DNA of 64,000 bases from Burkholderiales bacterium (GTDB lineage Bacteria; Pseudomonadota; Gammaproteobacteria; Burkholderiales; JAEUOS01): NCBI GenBank assembly GCA_965279115.1, contig OZ257137.1, positions 2,806,587 to 2,870,586 of the forward strand, given 5' to 3'. The position numbers and the translations under genes were made by a program. This document shows, piece by piece, positions 48,692-56,423 of this stretch (the stretch's first letter is position 1; each line of letters opens with the position of its first letter). Below the pieces are notes generated by a model, which searched no databases, was not told where the DNA came from, and saw only the letters and a program-made list of their open reading frames with translations.

Positions 48692-49300
48692 TCAGCTTGC
48701 AAGTCTCCCTTTTGACGTCCAAAAGGCCAAGTCACGGTCCCCCTTGTCATGGGCGGAGTTCGGGCCGGATTGACGCGCCAGCAGCCCCTCATAAATCTGC
48801 GCTCCAACACTGGAAAGCGCGATAAACTGCGCTACCCGCAGCCCTGGGTAGAGGACGATTGGCACTGTTCCCACATTCACCAGTTCAAGGGTGATCGCCC
48901 CGACGAATCCCGGGTGCACAGCAACTGCTGTTGCCACGACAAGTCCGGATCGCCCCCAAGAAGAGCGAGATGTGACATACCCAGAAATATCCACTGGCAA
49001 GCGAAACCATTCCATGGTCGCTGCAAGGACAAGTTCGTTTGGATGTAGGACGAATTTCTCACCGCGGTCGACATAGTGGTGATGTTCGTATTTTTCCTTC
49101 AGCCTATTTGGCGCTTTGGCCGGATCGATGGAATCCAGGTTTCCGCGACGGGTCGTGATGAACTCATACCCCAGGCGGACGTCAATGGACCCCGGGCCGA
49201 CTTGCTCTTCCAGATCGAAGATCGGCGTGATAATAAGTCGGGACTCGAGCGTTTCCCGGGTCATCGCCTCGATTAATTTGTCGTGGCCAAGCACACTCAT
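48692..49300 (-). CDS. dCTP deaminase / dUTPase-fold protein (short Dcd-like)
   Basis: By eye it aligns with E. coli Dcd blocks: SIDVRLG, LHPNELVLAATME, SRSSWGRSGL, HPGFVGAITLELVN. The catalytic Ser, Arg and Glu positions are retained. ATGA overlap with the upstream gene. Confidence 0.8.
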   Translation of the reverse strand: MSVLGHDKLIEAMTRETLESRLIITPIFDLEEQVGPGSIDVRLGYEFITTRRGNLDSIDPAKAPNRLKEKYEHHHYVDRGEKFVLHPNELVLAATMEWFRLPVDISGYVTSRSSWGRSGLVVATAVAVHPGFVGAITLELVNVGTVPIVLYPGLRVAQFIALSSVGAQIYEGLLARQSGPNSAHDKGDRDLAFWTSKGRLAS

Positions 49301-50700
49301 CGATTCGGCTTCTCTTCATCGTACAACTGCTTCATTAGGATGGATTCGACACCGCGGAGTGTGATCGTGTTCAAAAGCTCCCGTTGCTTCGCCGTGAGCG
49401 GCTCCGACACGCCCCCAACCGCCTTCTGGCCGTGAATTGCCCAGCACCAACCTGCCAAAATGGCTGACGCCCAAGTGGGGGATTTTTTCGTGGCGCCGAC
49501 ACCGATCTCGTCCGGCGGAATATCGAACGAAATTCTCTCGACAAGCTCTGGTACTTCGCTTTGGAGGGAATCGCGCGAGTAAGTAAGAGCCTGCACATTC
49601 TGTTTCGCAAGCTTCTTCGCATGCTCAATCGTGATGCCCATGAGATCGTATGCCTTCTGCATCCCGAGATGCTTGCGCTCACGCATTGCCACCTCGTCGG
49701 CGTCGTTCTTTGCCAATGTTTGCAAGAAGTCGATGAAAGCGGCCACAGATGGATAGCAATCTAGTTTGCCGCCTGATGCAGGAGGTGAACTACGAAGCGC
49801 GTCCACAAATCCTTCTTCCTCAAGAGTTTTGAGAGCGAAGCGCAAACGATGGCGAGCAGCCGGATAGAAGCCGGGCTCGCTCGGTAGTTTGTCGAGATCT
49901 CTGTGAGAAGTGACCCAATAAAAGGCGAAGAGCGCGCTCGGTCCAAAAAGTAGCAATCCGACATAGTCGGATATCAGTTCCTCCATGCCCCGCAGCCAAC
50001 AGCTGCGGATATGGTGAAATTCCTTAGCAGCCTCGACAGTCTTGACGGCAGGTGACTGTGCGGTGGACTTTGCCCGCAGATCGTCGCGAATGCCGTTCAT
50101 GGGGTCCTTTATCAGGGCAAGCATAGTCGGGTCGGCGATACATCGTGCCGCGACCAGATGTCCCACTTCGTGCCCGAAAACTGCGTGGGCGAGGATATTG
50201 TCCCTTTCCATGCGTGGAAAAGTTATTACGAACAAAGGGTCTGAAAAGAACTTGAAAAAGTCTTTTTCAGATCCTGTTTCCTCCGCCAAGATGAAGAGAT
50301 CTTTGACTGGGTCAAGGATCAGTGGCGCTAGATTCGTTATCCGATAGTTGTATTCTGCGGCTGGTGCAGCGATCAAGCGGCACTTCGAACCTGTAATATC
50401 GTGTGCGACCAGAAGTTTTTCGAGAATCCACACTAGGCCGCGCGGCGTCTGCTCGGTGTGAGCGTTGTCGAAATGAACGAGGAGCTTTTGCCATTCGATC
50501 GCGGCACGAATAAACAGCTTGGTCTGGTCGAGGTCGGCTGTACTCAGCTTTACTTCGACCCGGTCCAACATCAGGCGAAGGTGCGAAAGGGCATCAATCG
50601 TCGCCGCTGAAGGATAGTCCCTGCATTCCAATTCGCGGAAGCGTTCTTTGAGACTGCTAAGTAAGCCTCGTGCTCGTCGTTGAAGGAAATCTAAGTCCAT
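49297..50700 (-). CDS. putative zinc metallopeptidase (HExxH) of unrecognised family
   Basis: HAVFGHEVGH motif with a downstream MEELISDYVG segment. The rest of the 467 aa is unrecognised. Confidence 0.6.
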   Translation of the reverse strand: MDLDFLQRRARGLLSSLKERFRELECRDYPSAATIDALSHLRLMLDRVEVKLSTADLDQTKLFIRAAIEWQKLLVHFDNAHTEQTPRGLVWILEKLLVAHDITGSKCRLIAAPAAEYNYRITNLAPLILDPVKDLFILAEETGSEKDFFKFFSDPLFVITFPRMERDNILAHAVFGHEVGHLVAARCIADPTMLALIKDPMNGIRDDLRAKSTAQSPAVKTVEAAKEFHHIRSCWLRGMEELISDYVGLLLFGPSALFAFYWVTSHRDLDKLPSEPGFYPAARHRLRFALKTLEEEGFVDALRSSPPASGGKLDCYPSVAAFIDFLQTLAKNDADEVAMRERKHLGMQKAYDLMGITIEHAKKLAKQNVQALTYSRDSLQSEVPELVERISFDIPPDEIGVGATKKSPTWASAILAGWCWAIHGQKAVGGVSEPLTAKQRELLNTITLRGVESILMKQLYDEEKPNR

Positions 50701-50717
50701 TCAGTGGACGAGCTACC

Positions 50718-51221
50718 CTATTCGGGAAAGGACATGACCGTCCGCAGAGCTGCTGTCTTGCCGATAACTGGTTCGTCTCGCTCGAGGAGTTGTGAAACCT
50801 GTCGGTACAAAGAGTCAAAAAAGAGCTCAAACAGCTTAAAGCTGGTGGCGTCTTTCGAGTCACGCGGCGCTTTGGGATTTTTTGCACTGCGTTCGACCGC
50901 GGATGCCACCATGGCAAGAAAATCACCGATCTCCTGGTTGTCCTCAAGCTGCTTTGAGAGTTCAGTTACCGGGTCAATTGCCAGGTCAAGCGCGTCAAGC
51001 GCATCCAGCAGCCCACCGGTGGGGGGATCGCTTCCTTCAAGGTACGAGGCGCCTGTGGACACACTCTTCAAGAAGTCGATGCCCACGTCAATCGCATCCC
51101 GTTCGGAGCCAGTCAGGTCTTCACCGCACTCAAGGCGCTTTGCTGCAGCCTTGGCGCGCGTGGCAAGGAATCCGTAGTTCAGGAATTTGGCGTTTTGCAA
51201 ATCGACTGCAGGCGCGCTCAT
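50718..51221 (-). CDS. hypothetical helical protein, first gene of the Dcd-like trio
   Basis: GGAGAA RBS 8 nt before the ATG. 167 aa with no motif recognised. Confidence 0.5.
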   Translation of the reverse strand: MSAPAVDLQNAKFLNYGFLATRAKAAAKRLECGEDLTGSERDAIDVGIDFLKSVSTGASYLEGSDPPTGGLLDALDALDLAIDPVTELSKQLEDNQEIGDFLAMVASAVERSAKNPKAPRDSKDATSFKLFELFFDSLYRQVSQLLERDEPVIGKTAALRTVMSFPE

Positions 51222-51641
51222 CGTGGGTCTTCTCCAACTTGACGTTCATTGCCAAATCGCAAGCAATGCAGGTGCCTATGCCACTGCTTCCCAATATGGC
51301 ATAACGAGCCAAACTCGGGAATGTTGAGTGAGATATAGGCTACATCCCGTGTTGCGCGGGATCTGTGTGCAATACCGAGCAGTTGGAAAACTGGCATTAC
51401 ACGTATCTGTGTGTCTTGCTGTACAACACGACCGGCACAGATGGCTCCAATTTAGGTTTTTTGCTATAGCTACGTAGGCGCGGCAAAGTACCTCTTAAAT
51501 TGGTGTAGTAATTTATTTCATGAGCGATATCGTGTCAATTCGGATTTTTGTAAATTTTCGCCATAACCGGTCGGGAATACCTTCGAGGTTTTTCGGCCCC
51601 GGAAGAATCTCAGGCCGTCTGGCAATCGTTAACGACGACTG

Positions 51642-53021
51642 CTAATTGCGAGGTAGGCAGAAGCCGCAGTTTGGTGCCGTGCTATTCTCAAAAACGACTT
51701 GCCGGTCGACCGGGGATCGCAGGTCCATGTCCAATAGCGCGATGCGGCGCCCGCCGTGAAGGCCACGAACTATCTCGGCAATGACCAGACATGCCGCTAT
51801 CATGCCCACAAACGGAGCACCCACCGTCCGCTCGGCCAGCAAGACCAGTCCGCACTGGTCAAGGCCAGCGGCGCTGAGGGCTTGGTAAGCCTCGCGTTCC
51901 AACGGCAACACGCCGCGCACGGCCGGCTTGCCCCAAATTTTCCGAGCTGCCCGAGGCCCCGGGAACGTGTTCAAGCGCATGGTCTGGAACTCCGCAGGCC
52001 CTGCCCCGAGGCCGGCGTCGATGACCCACGTGAAACCCACTTCTTCCAGTGCCGAACGGGCCATCGCGTTGTCGACGCCGCACAAAGCCAGCGAGGGTTC
52101 GTCTTCACGTACCCTGAAATGCGAGTCGAACTTCCGTTCCACCAGACGCGTCTGAAATCCCAATCCCTCGGCCCAAGCCGCCATCGCCCGGGTTTTGGGA
52201 CGGTCGCGGAGAGCTGCCGTGGTCAGCACTGACGTGCTTTCATTGGCCAGGTTCAGCCGATCGAAGTCCTGGAGTACCAGAGTCAGATCTTCCGGGTTGC
52301 GATACGGCAACATCGAAAGCACCCATAGGTAGGCCTGACCAAGGTGGCCCAGACCAATCAGCCAGAGCGAGTTAGGCAAGAGTTCCAGCTTCGGCGCCTG
52401 CGCATCGGCTTTGATCCAGTTCTCGGCCGTCCCGGGTGACCAGAGAGACATTCCGACTGCTCGCCGCGCCGCCGGCGCGAACCCGCCGCGCAAGTGCAAG
52501 AACACCTCGGACACCGCGATGGCGCCTGCCAGCACACCCGCAATCGTCAACGTATTCTTGCCGGTCGGCAGCGTGGCTTGGTCGGCAGGCAGTACGCCAC
52601 CACGCCAGCCATCGAATACGCAACGCAGTGCGACTGCCGAACGGTCGTCAATCAGGGTGTCACCGATGATGATCAATGGTATGACAGTAGGCGGCGTTTC
52701 ACCCAGACGTCCGCCGAGGGCAAGCACAGCTTCGCGCAGCGTGTTTGCATTATCGGAGGGGACCAGAAGCGGTGCGTCAGGTACGCTGCTCACGAACACG
52801 CCTCCGAGAAGGGCACGTCGGCCAATCGCAATCACCGTTAACAGGGCCGCCTGACCCGCAGGCGTTTCTGCGGCTTCCTCACCGATGACCAGTTCCGTCG
52901 AATACCCAAAAAGCTTCCTTTCGGCCTCTTCAATGGTCGCCGCGTCGCCGGCGTCGACAAGGATCTTGACGATACGATTGAGTTCGTCGGGGGTAGGTAT
53001 CTGCTTCGTCATGATGCTCAT
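51642..53021 (-). CDS. bilD: E1-like (ThiF/MoeB-fold) activating enzyme, BilD-like
   Basis: Rossmann motif LIGLGHLGQAY and the adenylation-domain block CGVDNAMARSAL. Its ATG overlaps the JAB gene stop (ATGA). Confidence 0.7.
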   Translation of the reverse strand: MSIMTKQIPTPDELNRIVKILVDAGDAATIEEAERKLFGYSTELVIGEEAAETPAGQAALLTVIAIGRRALLGGVFVSSVPDAPLLVPSDNANTLREAVLALGGRLGETPPTVIPLIIIGDTLIDDRSAVALRCVFDGWRGGVLPADQATLPTGKNTLTIAGVLAGAIAVSEVFLHLRGGFAPAARRAVGMSLWSPGTAENWIKADAQAPKLELLPNSLWLIGLGHLGQAYLWVLSMLPYRNPEDLTLVLQDFDRLNLANESTSVLTTAALRDRPKTRAMAAWAEGLGFQTRLVERKFDSHFRVREDEPSLALCGVDNAMARSALEEVGFTWVIDAGLGAGPAEFQTMRLNTFPGPRAARKIWGKPAVRGVLPLEREAYQALSAAGLDQCGLVLLAERTVGAPFVGMIAACLVIAEIVRGLHGGRRIALLDMDLRSPVDRQVVFENSTAPNCGFCLPRN

Positions 53022-53536
53022 CCCAGAAATCCAATGTAGAAGAATTGTCGGGCCGCGCCAGAATGATCTTTCCACCTATAACCGCCCCGGTACTCGAAGA
53101 TGCACAGGGTGTCAGCCGACAGGCTGCCTCGGCCCATATTCGACGCGATCAAGGCGAGGTGGCCAGCACGTGCCACCATGGGGTTGGTTCGGTCGGCGTC
53201 GCTTTGAAATGCACGGCCGACATGGGTGTGAATGTCAGCCACTACCGTCAGCGCCTCCTCTCTGCAGGTCTGCCAGAGCTTTCCGAACGAATCGCCCGTT
53301 AGGACGCAAACGCCGCTTTTGTAAGCGTTCGGGTCGAGGTCGTCGTAGTACAGTGCCTTGACGATCTCGCGCACACCGTCAGTGTCGCGTCCCAGCAGGA
53401 ACGCTCCACTTTCGTGGAAGCCTTCGCTTCGACGGGTCAGCTCTCGCCGGATAACTGACCACATGCCCGACCTGACTGTCAGGCGATGATCAGGGGCAAC
53501 GAACGCCCGTATAGTCTTGCGAATTGAGAAGTTCAT
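53018..53536 (-). CDS. bilC: JAB/JAMM metalloprotease, BilC-like
   Basis: HESGAFLLG (Glu) and DIHTHVGRAFQSDAD (an HxH-x6-SxxD JAMM-like motif). A strong GAGGTG SD lies 4 nt before ATG 53536, which sits inside the 3' end of the E2-like gene. Confidence 0.8.
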   Translation of the reverse strand: MNFSIRKTIRAFVAPDHRLTVRSGMWSVIRRELTRRSEGFHESGAFLLGRDTDGVREIVKALYYDDLDPNAYKSGVCVLTGDSFGKLWQTCREEALTVVADIHTHVGRAFQSDADRTNPMVARAGHLALIASNMGRGSLSADTLCIFEYRGGYRWKDHSGAARQFFYIGFLG

Positions 53537-53975
53537 ATATCACCTCGAGGTAGCTGACGATGCCGGTCTGCTCCGACCAGCACATCGTTGGGTATTGGGA
53601 CAACCAAAGGGGGTGACCTTCCAGACTCACGCGATCGCACGGCAGATACAGGGCTTCGCCATTCTTCCAATCGGTCCTGAACGCACCGGGTACCCGCGAA
53701 CGCCCGTTCGGCCACCGGTCAAAAGGCAGCGGCTGCTTCGCGGCAACATCCCAGGGGCGCCCCGTTGCAGGCGTACGCCGGTAACCAGTGCATTCAAACC
53801 TGAAGCTGTATTCGCTCGGCATCCCAGCGCGTTTCGCCGCGGACACCGTGATGATCAGGTAGGGCCATTCGAGGCTCACCATCCTCCACCGGCCCGTGCA
53901 GGCGCCGAGGAGAAAGGCGGAACGTTCGAGGTCCTCAACCAGGCTTTTGTAATCCGGCCGGACGGTGACCTCCAC
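53490..53975 (-). CDS. bilB: E2-like (UBC-fold candidate) protein, BilB-like
   Basis: Called from its position between the Ubl and JAB genes and its 161-aa size. Candidate catalytic Cys in LYLPCDR or FECTGY. The GTG start lies 3 nt after the Ubl stop. The fold was not verified. Confidence 0.5.
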   Translation of the reverse strand: MEVTVRPDYKSLVEDLERSAFLLGACTGRWRMVSLEWPYLIITVSAAKRAGMPSEYSFRFECTGYRRTPATGRPWDVAAKQPLPFDRWPNGRSRVPGAFRTDWKNGEALYLPCDRVSLEGHPLWLSQYPTMCWSEQTGIVSYLEVIYELLNSQDYTGVRCP

Positions 53976-53978
53976 AAT

Positions 53979-54473
53979 CTAGCCCTCGACGCGCTGGATC
54001 GGCACAAGGTCGAAGCAGATGTCGCAGTGGCCCAGTTCTGTTAACGCGCCGATCTGCAGGTCCGGTGCCGGGCGTTCCGTCGTGTTGCAAATTTGCAGCG
54101 CGTGGTCTGCCTTGTCGGGTCCGTGGACGTCGAACTGCCTCAAGGCCCAGTGCAGTACGTGTTTAACTGTCACAGACGGGCGGAACACGTGCTTGTGCGT
54201 CTTGTCCGTGAAGTGAACCGTTACCTCAATTTCCTTGCAGCGGTGCACGTGCACGCGCGAGTGGCGCTTAACCAGTGCGTCCTTGAGCGAGGCCGACATC
54301 GGGAAGGGGATCTCGACCTCGTCGACGAAGATCAGCCCGCCGTCCGCAGGTACCTGCAGGCCTTTTTCCGCCGCGGCGCGCACTAGATCCCGGAGTAGCG
54401 CCGTTTCCGCCACAGAGATGATCTCGATTCGCGAATCACCTGCGGTCTGCACAAACACTTCAATCACATTCAT
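53979..54473 (-). CDS. bilA: ubiquitin-like protein with probable tandem beta-grasp halves and a C-terminal Gly, BilA-like
   Basis: 164 aa, ending in ...LVPIQRVEG followed by the stop. The two halves each open with an IEV-x-V strand (NVIEVFVQT and KEIEVTVHF). AGGAA RBS before ATG 54473. Confidence 0.6.
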   Translation of the reverse strand: MNVIEVFVQTAGDSRIEIISVAETALLRDLVRAAAEKGLQVPADGGLIFVDEVEIPFPMSASLKDALVKRHSRVHVHRCKEIEVTVHFTDKTHKHVFRPSVTVKHVLHWALRQFDVHGPDKADHALQICNTTERPAPDLQIGALTELGHCDICFDLVPIQRVEG

Positions 54474-54497
54474 ATCAGTTTCCTTTCGGAGGTTTGG

Positions 54498-54515
54498 GGC
54501 GGCAAGATTGCCGCC
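54498..54515. promoter_or_regulatory. perfect 8-bp palindrome between the HTH-like gene and the Ubl gene
   Basis: GGCGGCAA-ga-TTGCCGCC lies 25 bp upstream of the Ubl start and has no U-tract. It could be an operator or an RNA hairpin. Confidence 0.3.
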
Positions 54516-54556
54516 TTTCACACTCAAATCTCAGGAAACCGATAAAACGTGCAACT

Positions 54557-55153
54557 CTATTTCATCCAGGACTCCAGGTCTTCGCGCGCCAGGCCGCATT
54601 CCGCCCATGCTTCTTCGAACCTTTTGCTTCGTTCTTCGCCCGACGGTGGAAGGACGCTTCGAATGAAAGACGGCGACGGTGAAGAAAGGCCGCCGCGCGC
54701 CAGCCATCCGACCAACCAATCGATCGAGGCCTTGATGTGTTCCGACAGCGCAGCGATAAAGCGGTCCGGAATGGACGATAGTTGTACCGTCTTGCTATCA
54801 AGCATTTCAAGCAGTTCCACACTGCAATCAAGCTTTCCTGCAACTTCGAAGATATCAATGCCGGAGGCTTGCGCGGTAGAAATAATGCCGGGCGGCATTA
54901 CCCTGCTTCGAAATTTGTGAAGCCGATTGGCCAGATCGCTGCCTGCACGCGTGTGCGCTAAACCCTCGTTCACGGAGCCAGGCCCGCTCGTCGAGCGAAG
55001 CTGGTACAGCCATTCACCAACGAACGTGGTGATGTCGTCGGTGAACTCGGGATACCGTGCGCACCAGACTTTTGCTGTCCGACAGTCGGGGACATCGACC
55101 GATGACTGCATTGCTTGCAGAACATCGTCCAAATTGGGGCGGCTGGAATTCAT
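54557..55153 (-). CDS. hypothetical protein with a possible HTH segment (candidate partner/anti-sigma of the upstream gene)
   Basis: 198 aa. ATGA overlap with the sigma-like gene. The segment ISTAQASGIDIFEVAGKLDCSVELLEMLDSK looks XRE-HTH-like. This is a weak call. Confidence 0.4.
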   Translation of the reverse strand: MNSSRPNLDDVLQAMQSSVDVPDCRTAKVWCARYPEFTDDITTFVGEWLYQLRSTSGPGSVNEGLAHTRAGSDLANRLHKFRSRVMPPGIISTAQASGIDIFEVAGKLDCSVELLEMLDSKTVQLSSIPDRFIAALSEHIKASIDWLVGWLARGGLSSPSPSFIRSVLPPSGEERSKRFEEAWAECGLAREDLESWMK

Positions 55154-55887
55154 GTTCTTTCTCCGATTTCAGCTTTGAGGGCCGCGAAAATTTTCTCGAA
55201 CCAGTAGTGCACAGTCCGCTTATTGCGATGGACTAGCTTTTCGATGGAAATAACGTCGGGGTCGCTAGACTCGATCGGGTACCCGTCGCTATACCAATAT
55301 TCGAATGCCACTCGTTGCTCGTCTTTGAGCGTGGGCAAAACCTTCTGCAGAGCCATGCGCAAATTCTCGCTCAGCTCCATTGCGCGCTTCATTTCCAACA
55401 TGGCCTGGGCGTTGCTAATCGGCACCTCGTCGAGGTCTTCGCCCACAACCACTTCTTTGGCGCGTAGCTTCCTTAGGCGCGCTGCCGCTGTCAACGCGCG
55501 GCGCGAGACGAAGTGACCGAAGGAGATCTCACAATAGCGGAGCCTGCTTAGGTCAGCGTGGATCAGGTCTTCATTGATCGCGTGGAGTGTCCGGTCGACT
55601 ACTTCCTGGGCGTCGATTTCAGCCAGCCCCATGCACTTGCTGTTGGCAATTTTGATTGCGCGGGGATAGATTTGCTGGTCGACAAGCTGCTGAAAGAGGT
55701 CGTCATATCCCCAGGCTAAAAGGCGCCTCGCGAGAGTACACAGCGTCTCCTTTTTCCATTGGTGCGCCTGGTCAACCCAATCGTCCACAGGTACGTCGCC
55801 GGCAGCCGACAGCTCAACGACCACCTCCGGGCGTCGAACAAAGCCGGTCGTGCCGGAGGACGCGTTCGCTAGCGGTGAGGTGTCCAT
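55150..55887 (-). CDS. sigma-70/ECF-like protein (region 2-like and region 4 HTH-like segments)
   Basis: AEIDAQEVVDRTLHAINEDL is region-2-like. LPTLKDEQRVAFEYWY...IEKLVHRNKRTVHYWFEKIFAALK is region-4-like. The similarity was judged by eye only. Confidence 0.45.
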   Translation of the reverse strand: MDTSPLANASSGTTGFVRRPEVVVELSAAGDVPVDDWVDQAHQWKKETLCTLARRLLAWGYDDLFQQLVDQQIYPRAIKIANSKCMGLAEIDAQEVVDRTLHAINEDLIHADLSRLRYCEISFGHFVSRRALTAAARLRKLRAKEVVVGEDLDEVPISNAQAMLEMKRAMELSENLRMALQKVLPTLKDEQRVAFEYWYSDGYPIESSDPDVISIEKLVHRNKRTVHYWFEKIFAALKAEIGERT

Positions 55888-56292
55888 TGGTGATCCTGGT
55901 GCCTATCGTATTACCAAATCATCGCGTTCCTGGAAAACATGCAATCGACATTTGAAAGAAATGTTCAGAAAAGACATTGGCGAAAAATATCATTAGTAAT
56001 CAGAAGGATAAAGTATATTGATATCGATGGTGTAGTCGGTGTGGGCGTCGCGATAGGCCTGCAAGTAGTCGGTATTACCCTTGTCCCACGCTTGCCGGGC
56101 GCGGGCGTGATTGTCGCGGTCGTCCGGATCGACGGCGAGTTTGTTGCTCTGCCAGCTTCGGGGCGAACGCTTGGCCGCAGGCGACGCACCGTATGCATTG
56201 CATCTGGATCTCGGCGCATGCGGGTGACGCGCATGGTGCGGGATCGAGGTCGGATGAGATCGGCCTACAGATGATTTCGATTGGAAGACACC

Positions 56293-56392
56293 GCTTGCTA
56301 CTGTCGCTACCGCTGCTACCGATCAGAATTCAGGGGAAGGGGTAGGGGCAGCGACGATAGCAACAGTAGCAACAGTAGCAACAGTAGCAGCC
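56293..56392. repeat. iteron-like 9-bp periodic repeats in inverted arrangement (candidate replication origin or long hairpin)
   Basis: The left arm has three NNNNGCTAC units (56293-56319). The right arm has RTAGCAACA three times plus GTAGCAGCC (56357-56392). They flank AGAATTCAGGGGAAGGGGTAGGGG, and the array starts 32 bp past the primase stop. Confidence 0.75.
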
Positions 56393-56423
56393 CCCTCCTA
56401 CGCAGGATTGCGTCGTTTGCCTC

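Noticed and set aside
51521-51646. 41-aa plus-strand ORF (MSDIVSIRIFVNF...) in the AT-rich spacer upstream of the Dcd-like trio.
   Set aside because: It has no RBS and an implausible sequence, and it runs into the 3' end of the E1 gene. It is likely a chance ORF.
55939-56274. ORFs of 111 aa (plus strand) and 89 aa (minus strand) between the sigma-like gene and the repeat array. A third minus-strand frame reads protein-like (…VDPDDRDNHARARQAWDKGNTDYLQAYRDAHTDYTIDINILYPSDY).
   Set aside because: The two listed ORFs have low-complexity, shadow-like products. The protein-like frame has no ATG/GTG/TTG start until a late in-frame TTG, past a TGA at its 5' end, so at best it is a decayed gene remnant. 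It cannot be supported as a feature.
56331-56348. GGGGAAGGGGTAGGGG considered as a G-quadruplex.
   Set aside because: Only three G4 runs are present, and a canonical intramolecular quadruplex needs four. It is noted only as the core between the iteron-like arms.
56357-56392. Tandem TAGCAACAG repeats considered as a CRISPR array, or as coding repeats (SNSSNSSNSS in the 56281-56571 ORF).
   Set aside because: The units are only 9 bp, contiguous and without spacers, so this is not a CRISPR array. The ORF spanning them has no RBS, overlaps the primase 3' end and is otherwise implausible.
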